64,000 nt of DNA from Eremomyces bilateralis CBS 781.70. Taxonomy: Eukaryota. Below are positions 51,269 to 62,553 of this stretch, in pieces. Both the position numbers and the translations under genes were made by a program. Numbering within the stretch: the stretch's first letter is position 1; every line of letters starts with the position of its first letter. The stretch is taken from assembly GCA_010015585.1 (NCBI GenBank), contig ML975157.1. One strand, written 5' to 3'. The notes below the pieces were generated by a model that did not search any database, was not told the origin of the DNA, and was given only the letters and a program-made list of their open reading frames with translations.

Positions 51269-52252
51269 CTTGGCAGGTCTGAATAATGAAAATATTTCAA
51301 CGACTGGGTTGTTGTAAGCATTTTGATGATAATCATGTGTTATTCTTATTCTCTTAAAATATAATTGCCTTCGGCCTCTCGTCCACACTTTCCTGTTCCT
51401 GCCATGTCCAAGGCTTCCGCTCACTCACCTCTGGATTAACATTCCATCCAATGTCCCTGTTTCCAGGCGTCTACAGCTGTGTTGACTGGCCCAATGTGGC
51501 AACGGCCTTCTATCGGCAACCCCAACTCCGACAGATCAGCTTAACGCGAGCCTGGAGCAGGGGCCGATTGGAAGATCACAACGTGGCAATCTCCTACTCT
51601 ATCTCTCCAAACAAGATCGTTAGAAGATTTACTACGCTGGTTTCATTTGGCAATGTGATTCAACTTCACACTGTGTCCATGACCAGCAGCGAAAATTTTC
51701 TCAAGGGAATATTTCCCACTCATCAAGTCTCGATACACAAGATCACACGAAGTACACGACATCACTGCATGAGAGGAATAATTCTGATGATATGGCGATT
51801 CAGAATATGAAGACTAAAGCACATGAAGATTGCAGTACATGAAACCCGATCCAAACGCCGACAAAGTCCCTGACCCAAATCCAAACTCCATATGACAAAG
51901 GTGACCATGCGAACTCCGAAACTGCAGATGGATATCCCGAGATCCACCTCGAATCTCCAGTGAACCTTGAACTCGATTTAGGGGTGTATGTGTACACCCG
52001 ATTGCGGTGTGAACTCAGATTGTGTTGGGGAGGCACTCCTCCCCAGTGAGTATTGCTCATCGGTTTGTGTAGGTGTCCGACTTGCGGTGCTCTCAGGCCG
52101 TGTACGCCGTTTGTGGTGTGGGGGAGCCAAGACTTCTCCCCAGTGAGCATTGCTCTCATCGGTTTGTGTGTGTGTACACTCGACATATCTGTGCACCAGC
52201 TTTGGGTGTGCACCCGATTGGTGGTGCGCTGGGGTGGGGTGCGTCCATGTCC

Positions 52253-52975
52253 TCAGAAATCATGGGGGATGCACTCAATCCACCTCCGAAGTTCCCGTCC
52301 ATGGTGGTCCATCCACATCTCCATGGGGGCACGCTCGTCGGCCAGGTTCCCATCCTCCGGAACCATCTGCTTTACCAGGAGTGCGTTCATACCCGGTTGA
52401 ACACGGGTCATCAGCAGCTCTGCCTCGCTTGTGATGCTGCACTCATCTAGCTGCTTCTCGACCGCTTCGGCCAGAATCTGGGCCGAATTTTCGTTGGGTG
52501 CGACTTTGGCAACCCACGTTTGATCCATTCTCACCTGTGAATCCCTCGCCACGACGCCGAGCACCTTGTTATACACCTCATTACAACTCTGGTACTCCCC
52601 ATAGTGGGATGTGATGGTGTCGTAGTTCAGGAGGCGGGTGATGATGTTTGCTGGGTTGATTCCCAGTGCAGTCGCCGGACGGTAGATGATTTTGAGGAAC
52701 TCTTTGCGAGCCCTCGCGAGGTCTTTGTTTTTGGCTTTGCCTTCAAGGGTAGCCGATTTGAGGACGCTCCATTTTTGAGAAAAAGAGCGGTATCTGTGGC
52801 AGTCCTGGACGTCGACTCGTGCTTTGATGTTGTTGTGCACGTTGTAGTCGACGGCAAGGATGCAGAAGAGAAAGTTTTGGAGTGAAACAACTTCTTTCTG
52901 CTCCTTGGTTCGTGGAACTTTGTTCCGGGAGAGGATGCGACCAATAAAGGCCTTGGCAAAGTTAAGAAATGCCAT
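52253..52975 (-). CDS. Orphan hypothetical protein (240 aa)
   Basis: Intronless ATG-initiated ORF; no motif recognised. Confidence 0.5.
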   Translation of the reverse strand: MAFLNFAKAFIGRILSRNKVPRTKEQKEVVSLQNFLFCILAVDYNVHNNIKARVDVQDCHRYRSFSQKWSVLKSATLEGKAKNKDLARARKEFLKIIYRPATALGINPANIITRLLNYDTITSHYGEYQSCNEVYNKVLGVVARDSQVRMDQTWVAKVAPNENSAQILAEAVEKQLDECSITSEAELLMTRVQPGMNALLVKQMVPEDGNLADERAPMEMWMDHHGRELRRWIECIPHDF

Positions 52976-53295
52976 TTCGAGGTGTGTTGAGGTGTGTGAT
53001 GGGCGTGCATGTGGGTGTTTCAGGATGCTTTGTGCTTCAGGATAGAGTTATGACAGAGTATGGCCACAGTTCATAGAGTCGATATTTAATATCTCAGCTC
53101 ATAGCATGTGTGAAATGTGAAGGAAACGATCGGGATCAAAGGCATACATGGTGAGCCATTTGTGTCCGAGATGCCAGGGCCGCTGTGGAGAGCTTTCGCT
53201 ACTCGGGGTTCCCCATGTTGGTGAGATCCCCAAGGGACCAGGAAGCTGAGCGGGTATCATGAGTCAGATGGCAGAGAGAGGGTTAGTTTCTTCGA

Positions 53296-53463
53296 TTCCA
53301 TGGTACAGATTCTCCCCATCAAGGGTATCAACCATCAAGTTGGCTGTAGGGCTGAACAATTTTATACGTTTCCTCGGTACAGACCCTCCCATGACGAGTA
53401 TCAACCATGGAGTTGGCCGTAGGGCTGACCTAATTTATACGTTTCCATGGTATGGACTCTCCC
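53296..53463. repeat. Tandem repeat, ~73-74 bp unit, about 2.3 copies
   Basis: Units start at 53296, 53370, 53443 (TTCCnnGGTA...TATCAACCAT...GTAGGGCTGA...TTTATACGT). Confidence 0.85.
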
Positions 53464-54548
53464 AGCGGGGGGACCAACCAAGGACTCCGCAAAGAATGAC
53501 TGGGAGTCTCGAGAATATGGAGTTGGTTCGCAATATCCAATTATGCTGCGGTCAGATGACCTCATCTCCACTATACGTTCAGCTATGATGTCTTGCTAGT
53601 TTATGCTTCGAGGTGATGACTGAAGTGACTAAATGTGCATGCTATGGTACTTTGCTACTTTTGAAGATATCCGCCCTATGCCCCTATCGAGGCGAGCAAG
53701 CACAGACAAATAATAGAAAAATACTGATAAACTAGACTCTATTAGATAAATCTCAATGATGCAAGGAGCCGTTAACACTGGACTTTCTGGGGGAGTGTAT
53801 GATGTGACTGGTGCACTAGGGGAACTTCCGACATTTCCAGGTTGAATTTCCCCAGGATACAATAAATCAATAGGGCTGAAGTGAATCTCTAACACTTGAC
53901 TCACCAGGTACAAGTGGTAATGATACGGTATAGTGGTTCAGGGGTTCAGCCTTCAGCCTTAGGATGTTGAGGTCCAGATAATGGTAGGGCTGAAGGTGGC
54001 CGCCCCAAGACCCATACGGAATGATGCAACAAAGCGCGTCATCTCTATGCAGCCTCGTAATACTTAAGGAAAAAGTCTCAGGACCAATCGGCTATGGACT
54101 TTATAACTAAGCAGATGCATGAATAAAACTAATCCCAGAAGAAGCAGTAATTAGACAATAGTGGTGTGTGTTGACCTGTTTGTATTTGTGACTACTATTG
54201 CGAGTGGCAGAGTTGAAAGGTGGAATACAGAGTGGTATAAAGGATTTGCAAGAATGCCATAGACTTTTGATTGAGTACAAATATGAATAGAACCTGAAAT
54301 TTTTATTACTGGCTACGGTAGTAGTGTATTAGTTGATGTTATAGACTTAAGTTGAGAGTGTGCCTCCCACTGGAAGTCCCACATTAGCGCCCTGTGCCCT
54401 GTTGGGCCTGTGTGGTATACCAAAATCGCGGGGACTACGGGAGCTCCCGAAAGCTTAATTCCATATGGTCTTGGCAGGGTCCTCAATTCTGAATTTATGT
54501 CTAGTACGTAGTAGGGCAGCGAATTGTTTAATACAGGAGCTAGTGAAA

Positions 54549-54806
54549 TGTTATAGGGTCTAGTGAAATGCTTATAGGGTCTATAGTGAATCATTTACAG
54601 CCTAGGGCCTTGACTTCGACTCGGAGGGTTGATCTATGTCTTACTAAGACGTTGCAATCTCACATGCATGCTCAGTCATTCGGTCAGCAAGTCGGACAAT
54701 AGTCATGTGACTATATCTGAGAACAACCTGAGAACAGCCTGAGCAGTGAGCACAGTACTGAGCACATAAGCAGCTAGGTAGGGTAGGAGAGACCGTAAGC
54801 TCAACA
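54549..54806. mobile_element. Probable solo LTR / retrotransposon remnant
   Basis: TGTT...AACA termini, internal short tandem repeats, GTCATGTGAC and CTTACTAAG motifs, TpA-rich left flank; no target-site duplication found. Confidence 0.4.
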
Positions 54807-55917
54807 GGTTGCCAGACGAAATTTTGTATTTCGTCCTGTCTTCATCCTGATGTTGTTGCGAATCATGGATTGCGCGACGAGAGCAGTTCCTTGCTGTTTA
54901 TGCATTCTGTTGGAATCAAATTTGAACCGAACACCTGACCAGCGTCTCGGAGCTCGAGCCTTGTCCGACCTTGTCGCATCGGATTGACCTGAACGGACTT
55001 TTCTCATCATACAACATGGGCGACATTGGGTCGTCCAGCGCATGCGGAACAAGAGGAAGCGGCCCCATCCTGCCCAACATTCTAACCGTCCCGGATGAAG
55101 CATCGGTGGCTGAGAGACCGACGGCTTCATCTCGGCCGTATTCTTGACCCCCGGCGATCCTCTCGTCTCCTTCATCCCATGAAGTGCTAGTACGTCTTGG
55201 ACCCGGACTGACCTAGCCAAGTTCGTGATCTCCTTGCCTCCTTCCCGTTGTCAAAGCGTATCGCCTCACCGAGGAAAAGATCGGGACTTCATCCATGGCA
55301 TTTGCCATTGAGGTGACTATATTCACAGTCCTGCCTCATTGCGTTCTCAAGGAACCCTTATGAGCTTTCCCAAAGTTGCCGATCTCGATGGAGATGAATC
55401 GCTGAAGTGCTTTCGTGGATCCATTGGGTTCCAAAGTATGCGTTGATGCAATCAACATCGAGGACGTCGTGAGCGCCGGAATTCGGATGAAGTTCACCAG
55501 GCTGAGCGAGATGAGGAGGATACAGGATGGTCGCCGAACACACATCTGGACACGCAGATGCTTATCTGTTCGTGTACGACGACTGGAGTGAGGGCACCAG
55601 ACCTGTTAAGGGATCATCTTTTTGCCAACGAGAAGACAGCATAGAACCAGCATGAGTGAAAATCCGGACCGGCGAAAGCTGGATGTCGCAGTTCCCGGTC
55701 AGGGGGATGATAACGGCGAGAGTTCCGTAGTGAAAGACGGGGTCTGGTCCCAACATTCGCAAATAAGGATGATGAAACATTCCTATAGTATTGCAACGTC
55801 TTGAACTCGGCGGCCATTAGTGATATTGTGCATCGGTTGGTATGCGGACCGTCCTATTTCGCAGCGCCGCTTTCCCTGCTGTTGCATCGATCGATGTGTT
55901 AATCTAGGAAAACGGAC

Positions 55918-57399
55918 TTATCGGGTCGGATTAGCACTGAGGTTTTTGATCATCAGTTTCGCCTGACGGATTTCATCCGGAAACTTCGCGAGTTCATCGG
56001 GCTGCACCGAATCGACTAGGAGCTGCAACTGCCTGACTATCCTTTCGGGCTCCTCATCACAGACCTCGAAGGAACGCACTACGGCAGGCCAGTATTTCGA
56101 CTGCGCCGCGACATCGAGCCAATAGAATCCGACACTTCGACATAATCGGTTCCTAGCGGACTGATGCCCAACAGTAGCAAAGGTAAGCTCTTTCCCCCGG
56201 CGAGAGCGCAATTTTTTGAGAGCAACCTGCCACCAAGAAATAAGGGCAGTGGCAGGGAGTTCTAAGATCTTCTGGGTCTCCTTATCCGCCACCGTGTCCG
56301 ACGTGTGCTCGTAATAGAACATCCCCAAAGCATACGCCGCTTGCGGGTCCCCGGCCATTGCCGCGCGGGTCATGTAATAGTGCCACTCCGCATTGGCAGG
56401 CTGCAGAAACTTTCCGTCCTTGATGGACGCGATCAGGTTCGCATAGAAGTAGCAGGCGTACGGGTCCCCGTCCACATCTGCGCCGCGCTTGAGGGAGATC
56501 TTCGCCTCCTCTGTTTTTCCCAGGTCGAATTGGACTAGTGCCAGCGACGTCCATGCTGAGATGCGGCGGTGATAAACCCACTGGGCTCCCATTCGCGCCA
56601 TATCTTTCTCCGCCTTCATCTCTTTCGTCACCTCTTTGTTGTAATTTCTCTTCTTCATCCATCCTTGAAGCGCTTTGGTTGCTTGCTTGAACACGGATTC
56701 GGCTGCCGGTAGATCCCCTTGCTCTTCCAATACCTTGCCATAAAGGATCATGGAACCAACGTTATCCTCCGCTAGTCCCTTAAGAATCGGGATGTAGGGC
56801 TTAACCACCTCATTATGAATATCATGGGATCGGAGCCCGATATGGATGAATGCATGTACCGCCGTCCGATTTCCTACATCCGCGGCAGCTTGCAGCGCTT
56901 TCTGCCCCAGCCGCCCTTGCACCGACCAACCAGCGGACCCGTCTCCATCTTTAAACTTCAAGTAATGGGCGAACGTCGCGAATTTATCGATATCGACGCT
57001 CGCCTTCCGGCAGAGCTCCTCCAAGTTGATCGCAGTTCGATCTTTGGCGCCCATGATTGTCTGAAGTATCCGGGCGGTTTCGCGCTTCTCCTGAAGCAAG
57101 CCGAATTTTTGGAATTCGTCGGGATGGGGCATCCAAATCTCTAACTTCTCTGCGAGCTCTGGGAGAGGTCGCCGAGATGGGTCTGGACCACGTCGTGCAT
57201 GCGTACTTCTTGCTGTTTTCCAATATCCGCCGTGATGTTTCGCGGAGGAAGAGAATCCGCTTCGTGTGCATGGTAGCGACTGCATGAGGACTGGACGGCA
57301 TGTGGTGTAGGTTTGGCTTCCGATTGAAGCAAAAGCTGACAATGGATAGGTACGGATGTCATTGTATGACCAGGCAGCTATTGTTCTGAGGTTAGGCAT
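55918..57399 (-). CDS. Sel1/TPR-like repeat protein, possibly mitochondrial
   Basis: 493-aa ORF; Arg/Ser-rich, acid-poor N-terminus; Sel1-like units AAMAGDPQAAYALGMFY, GADVDGDPYACYFYA, YWLDVAAQ. Confidence 0.75.
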   Translation of the reverse strand: MPNLRTIAAWSYNDIRTYPLSAFASIGSQTYTTCRPVLMQSLPCTRSGFSSSAKHHGGYWKTARSTHARRGPDPSRRPLPELAEKLEIWMPHPDEFQKFGLLQEKRETARILQTIMGAKDRTAINLEELCRKASVDIDKFATFAHYLKFKDGDGSAGWSVQGRLGQKALQAAADVGNRTAVHAFIHIGLRSHDIHNEVVKPYIPILKGLAEDNVGSMILYGKVLEEQGDLPAAESVFKQATKALQGWMKKRNYNKEVTKEMKAEKDMARMGAQWVYHRRISAWTSLALVQFDLGKTEEAKISLKRGADVDGDPYACYFYANLIASIKDGKFLQPANAEWHYYMTRAAMAGDPQAAYALGMFYYEHTSDTVADKETQKILELPATALISWWQVALKKLRSRRGKELTFATVGHQSARNRLCRSVGFYWLDVAAQSKYWPAVVRSFEVCDEEPERIVRQLQLLVDSVQPDELAKFPDEIRQAKLMIKNLSANPTR

Positions 57400-57899
57400 T
57401 GTGAAAATATGTACGATTTCGGTTCGTATCAGGAAGGTATTCGTAGATCGAATGGTCGCAGCGACTCGGAGAGCAATGAGAGCAATATAACATGTTATGA
57501 ACAGGGAGCGAGTGAAGGTTGGTTAGCTTAACTCCATGGCTACCAGGAAAAGAGGGTGGTTCATCATAAAAGAAATGACAACCCAGTTGGGTAGTTGACA
57601 TAAATTCATCAGCGAACCTCGATGCCCAGTCGTGAAGCCATTCGGAAAATCCTCGGCTAGCCAAAATATTTTCCATCGTCCACTAAGTTGCCCTGAGGGC
57701 AACATTTGTCTTGGAAGATTTCCAGCACAGAAAGAATTCATCCGTACGGATATTTCCTTCAATTAAGTTTATAAATCCATAGAGCCACGGTTTTAGATTT
57801 ATCCCTTCACTATTTGCAGCACCCTCGGAATCAAAGGCACGATCGATTGCCACCCTCCACCGGTCCCCCACCCGTTTCATTCCTACACCACCCACTACC

Positions 57900-58790
57900 A
57901 TGGCAGCCAACAAGCGGCGAGCGGATGCTGCTGTCCAGTCGAGCTCGAGCAAAAGGCGCAGATCGGTCACTCAAGTGAGCGAACACAAGAACGAGACATC
58001 CTCGAAGCCAATCGTGGACCGTGACGAGGACCAGAATATGGGAGGCACCGCAGGATTCGAGGAGGAAAACACATCCGAAGTTGAAGAGACGGAAAACGCA
58101 CACATGGTAGATTCAGACGGATCGGAAAGTTCATCCGACAGCGACGACGCTCCGGAGGAAGTCTCCAAGTCAACCGCAACCCAAGCGCTCCACGCACAAG
58201 AAGCGGAGAAAAGCAAGGCGATAGGAAGGTAAGTCGATGCGCAGGATTTCACCAGTGAGGCCTATACTGATATTTCCCGCAGCCGTGTAGCGAAGCTACG
58301 AGAGAAGCGTCGCGCTCACGATGACCGACTCCGTCTGCAAGTGCAGACATCTTCACGGCGGAAGCGAACTTCGAAATCACCGGAATCCGACGTCGAATCC
58401 GACGCTACATCGGAACTCGACGTCGGTGGCAGCAGAGGTCGTCCTTCTCGTCTCCTTCCCCAATCCCTTCTTGAGGCCGAACGAGAGCCCACACCCCCGA
58501 CTGAGGACCCCTCCAAGAGATTCGATCTGGCGATCCGGAAGAGCAAGCGGACCGTGTTCGCGTCGGAGAAGTCGCCAAAGGATGTAAAGAAGGGCCCGTT
58601 GAATGTACGGGTGCTGAGCAAGCGAAACCAGCTGTTGCCGCCGAAATCGAATGGTGCGAGTCGGAGTATCCGGGAGAAATGGTTACAGGGGAGGTCGCTG
58701 GATCTGAATGGTGGGAAGGGGGGCAAGCGGTTGAAAGGGGGAAAGCAGTTGGTGAGGAGAGAGGTCAGGAGGGGCTTCTTGCGCACCTGA
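57900..58790 (+). CDS. U3 snoRNA-associated protein (Bud21/Utp16-like)
   Basis: SDDAPEEVS, LLPQSLL, KDVKKGPLNVRVL, IREKWLQGR; intron ~58229-58281. Confidence 0.75.
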
Positions 58791-58960
58791 GGGGCGTTCG
58801 ATTAAGATGATGAAGAGATACCTAGGGAGCCATGAGAGTTATCCCAAAAACGATTTTCCGAGGAATGAACGAAAGACCGTTACTCGACGCTATAACTGCG
58901 CTAAAAATGACCAGATGATCATATATCTCATAGCCCATGACTTCTCCGTTGCATTCCCTA

Positions 58961-61233
58961 CTAGTGGTTGATTACCGTCCCTGGCGCCTCATCCTCGGCT
59001 TTGTACGGCGGATATCCCACGAACTTATTAATCCAGTTCAACACCGCCGTATGCCACATCAGACTGTTCTCTTCCTTTTGCACCCAGTGATTCTCATCCG
59101 GAAACGTCAAGAACTGGCTCTCCACTCCCCGCGCCTGCAGCACATTAAACGCCGCCAGACCTTCCGCGATGGTCAACCGGTAATCTAGCTCGGAATGGAT
59201 GACCAGCTGCGGTGTGCTCCAGTTCCCCGTGAACCGCGCCGGGTCCCAGCGCAACCATTTCTCCTCGTTGTTCCAATAGAACCCTTCCAGATCGTGGGTG
59301 GGGAACCACTGCTCCTCGCTAGCGAGCTGCGACACCATGCTGAACACCCCGTCGTGGCAGACGATCGCCTTGAACTTGCGGCCGAGCTCGTGGCCTTGGA
59401 TCCAGTTCATCATGTAGCCGCCGTAGCTTGCGCCCAGTGCCACGGTCTTGTCGAGGTCGACGTAGTCGAGGTTCTCCTCGATCCATTGATAGCCGGCCAC
59501 GAGATCTTTGTAAGGTAAGCCGCCCCACTGCCCCTGGATCGCATCAGTGAAGTCTTGGCCAAACCCAGTGCTGCCGGTGGGATTGGGTGCGAACACAACG
59601 TATCCAGCTTCGGCGAAGACAGCCATATTCCACCGGGAGGACCAAGCGTCTTCCCATGCACCTTGTGGGCCACCGTGTACAAGGAACGCAAGCGGGTATT
59701 TCTTGTCGCTGTCGAAGTTGGATGGCTTCAGAAGGAAGGCTTGGACGTCGCGTTCGGCACCTTTGAAATAGACGTCTGCGACCTGAGACCGTGAGAGAGA
59801 CACAAGCTTGCCATTCTCGGTATTGGATGAGATGAGCTTCGCCGTGCCTAGGTTTGGGAACAGAATGGAATAGAACGAATTGTCGACAATGTTGGTTCCG
59901 CTGATGAAAATATTGCCATCGGCGAGAACCCGCAGGTCTATAATAGGGTCAAAGATCAAATCCCAAAAGTTGACAGGGCTTACGAACCTGAAACATTCCC
60001 GTCACTGTAAATCTTCTTGGGGGGGGACGACTCCGCGGGCTGGTTGACTGGGGTGGTGAAAATGCTCGTCCGGCCTCTATCTTCCGCAACGAGATAGAGG
60101 TCGTCGCCGTTATTGCTAAACGACACACCGCCCGGACTCAAGGGCCAACTGCCTTTGCCATTGGTGGAGTTGAGCAGATGCAGAAGCCAATTCGGTCTTC
60201 GGACATCCGGGATCACAAACAACTGGTTCTTATCGGCTTCGTATCCGTCTTCCTGCATCATTAGGAACGCGGCTTTCTTCCCGTCTTTGGAGAAGACCGG
60301 CGAAGTGGTGGCTCCACCGAAGCCTGGGACCAACACTTGGTATATCAAATCGGATGCGGCCAGCGTTCCGTAAAGATTTGCCACGTACACGTTGACTTTC
60401 GTGCTGAAGCCGGCCTTGAGGGTGGGCTCCTTCGCGACGAATATTATGTGGTCTTCGCCGATATCATAGTGGTCAATCCCGCCGAATGTCGGCACGGGTG
60501 ACTCCAGTCCGGTTCCGGCGAGCACATTTCGAAGTGGTGACAAAGCGTAGGACAGCTTTCCGCTCTCAGCGCTGCTAGACGGTTTCGTGATGGTTCCAAC
60601 GAAGATAGCATTTCTCTCAGGGGCAATATAGGAATCCCAGTGTCGGACAAACGTTTGCTTGTAGAGTTTTCCAGAAGAGAGCTTCTTTGGAGCTTTCCCC
60701 GCACTGTATGGAGTACCATCTGGTTTGGCAAGACCGGTGATGGCAAATGTCCATTTGTCATCTGATATCTTTTTAACACGGATGCTCGTTCCCGAGCCAT
60801 CAAAGTTGCCAGCGATCGCTTTCCTGCGAACGGTAAGATGGATTGTCACAATCATCTCCAGGGAGGAGACCGGAGACACTCACGTGGCTTCGAAAGCATC
60901 CGCCTTGCCGACAGCAATGTCGGTCGAATTAGTTTGGCCGGGAAGAAGGAGCAAAACATCTTCATCGTTCAGCCATTGCGGTTCGCTGGCGCCGGCAGCA
61001 TCGGTCACCAGTTTCGACTCGTTACTCTTGGCATCAAGGACGCGAATCTCGGACTTCTTCCCGTGATTCTCAAAGCTGTACGTGGACACACTATATAAAA
61101 TCCGCGATCCGTCCGAGTTTGGCACGCCTGAACTTCGACGAGGGGCGCTCAGCATCACCTCAGGGGTGAACTTCGCTGCCCGGACCGTCATGCTGAACAG
61201 TAAGACGAGGAAGACGGCTAAGTGGGCTAACAT
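58961..61233 (-). CDS. DPP5: Dipeptidyl-peptidase V (S9 family), signal peptide
   Basis: KFTPEVMLSAPRR, FVRHWD, HGGPQGAW, GASYGG, DYRL, DENHWV; two introns. Confidence 0.93.
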
Positions 61234-61637
61234 GGCGACCGGTTAGCTATGGGAATAAGGAAGACCAGAAATCCCATTCTCGGATGATTTCAAACGATCA
61301 GGTGTTTTTAATTAACATATAACAATAGACCAAGCACCATGCTTCGGTCGGAGCGACAGTTACACAGCATTCTCGTCTAGACTAGTGAAGTTCGAATCGC
61401 AAGACCAAAAGGGGAAGGCTGGAGGCGCATACCTGAGAAGAAATGTCGAAATGAATTCTAACACTACGTGTTCAGGAAGGTTGAATAACCAAGCCTCCGG
61501 CAGTTAATTTCCTGAGGTACGACGATGAAATAATATGCAAGGAGCTTGTCACGTCGTTTAGTAGAGGAGATTATGTTGACTGCGGGGTTCCGTGTACGGA
61601 ATATCCATACGGGGACGGTGACACGAACTAAGCCGAG

Positions 61638-62240
61638 TTAGGCTTCTGCGTTCATATTGCACAACTTCGTCGCTTCATGAAGTAACGTTTCCTTGTCTGC
61701 GGGGTGCAGGAAGAGAGAGAACACTGCAGGTAGTCTGCAGTTCAGTCTGCAGTGGTGTCCGTCTGGCATCTGTCCCTCTGGCTGTGCTGACATCGATTTG
61801 CATGCCCACCACTGCCCGTCCATCTCTACTGACTTTTCACGGAAGCGCTGCTGGCATTTGATCTGATGGCCATAGCAGGAGCACACGACTTTGCATTCAG
61901 GGAGATGCTGGAGAATCCGCCCATATGGGTTAGTTACCTTCCATATTTGCATGCCGGTTGGAATACTTCGAAGGAGCCGAAATCGCCATGGTGAAGATCC
62001 ACAGCCATCCATGGTACAGGTAGCCGAGACATTTTCGTCCCAATATCGGAGTTCGGACGTCACTGCTTCTGTTCGGGAAACCGACGCCTGTTACTACACC
62101 TCTCGTCGACATCAACATTCTCTCACGATGAACAGACCCAAAACCAGAAGATCGTAGGAATTAGGTAGGTAAGTAATCCCCACAAGTAACTCTCCGTATC
62201 CAGAAGTGCCGAGATAGCTTACGCCTCCACAACCCGACAT
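61638..62240 (-). CDS. Candidate small Cys/His-rich orphan protein (2 exons)
   Basis: ATG at 62240, 18-nt exon, GTAAGC..CAG intron 62088-62222, in phase with the 141-codon ORF ending at 61638. Confidence 0.3.
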
Positions 62241-62553
62241 CATTGGTCATTAGAAATATCCGAGGTCTTAAGGTGAGAGCTAAATTCGACTTCGCATGTT
62301 TATCAGTAGGTTATCTATTCTTTGGCATCTCTTAATTGGTATTTCTTAACTGGCATCGACAACGTTTGAGATGGCCTATCAATTTTCCCACTGAAAATCA
62401 ACGAATCATTTCCTTCTCCGTCCATTTACTAGGCCCTGTTTTGTGCCCTTCCTCGGATTAGGTTCCTCATAGAATTTGTGGGCAACATCAGAAAGCGGTT
62501 GCTTGCTCCTTTTTATTATTATACAGCAAGATCCAGGCGGAGCGCAGTTCGTC

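Noticed and set aside
53296..53463. CRISPR-like reading of the tandem repeat
   Set aside because: Whole units are similar with no unique spacers; eukaryotic context; no cas genes
54801..55817. Several short minus-strand ORFs, a possible decayed gene
   Set aside because: No coherent frame or recognisable domain
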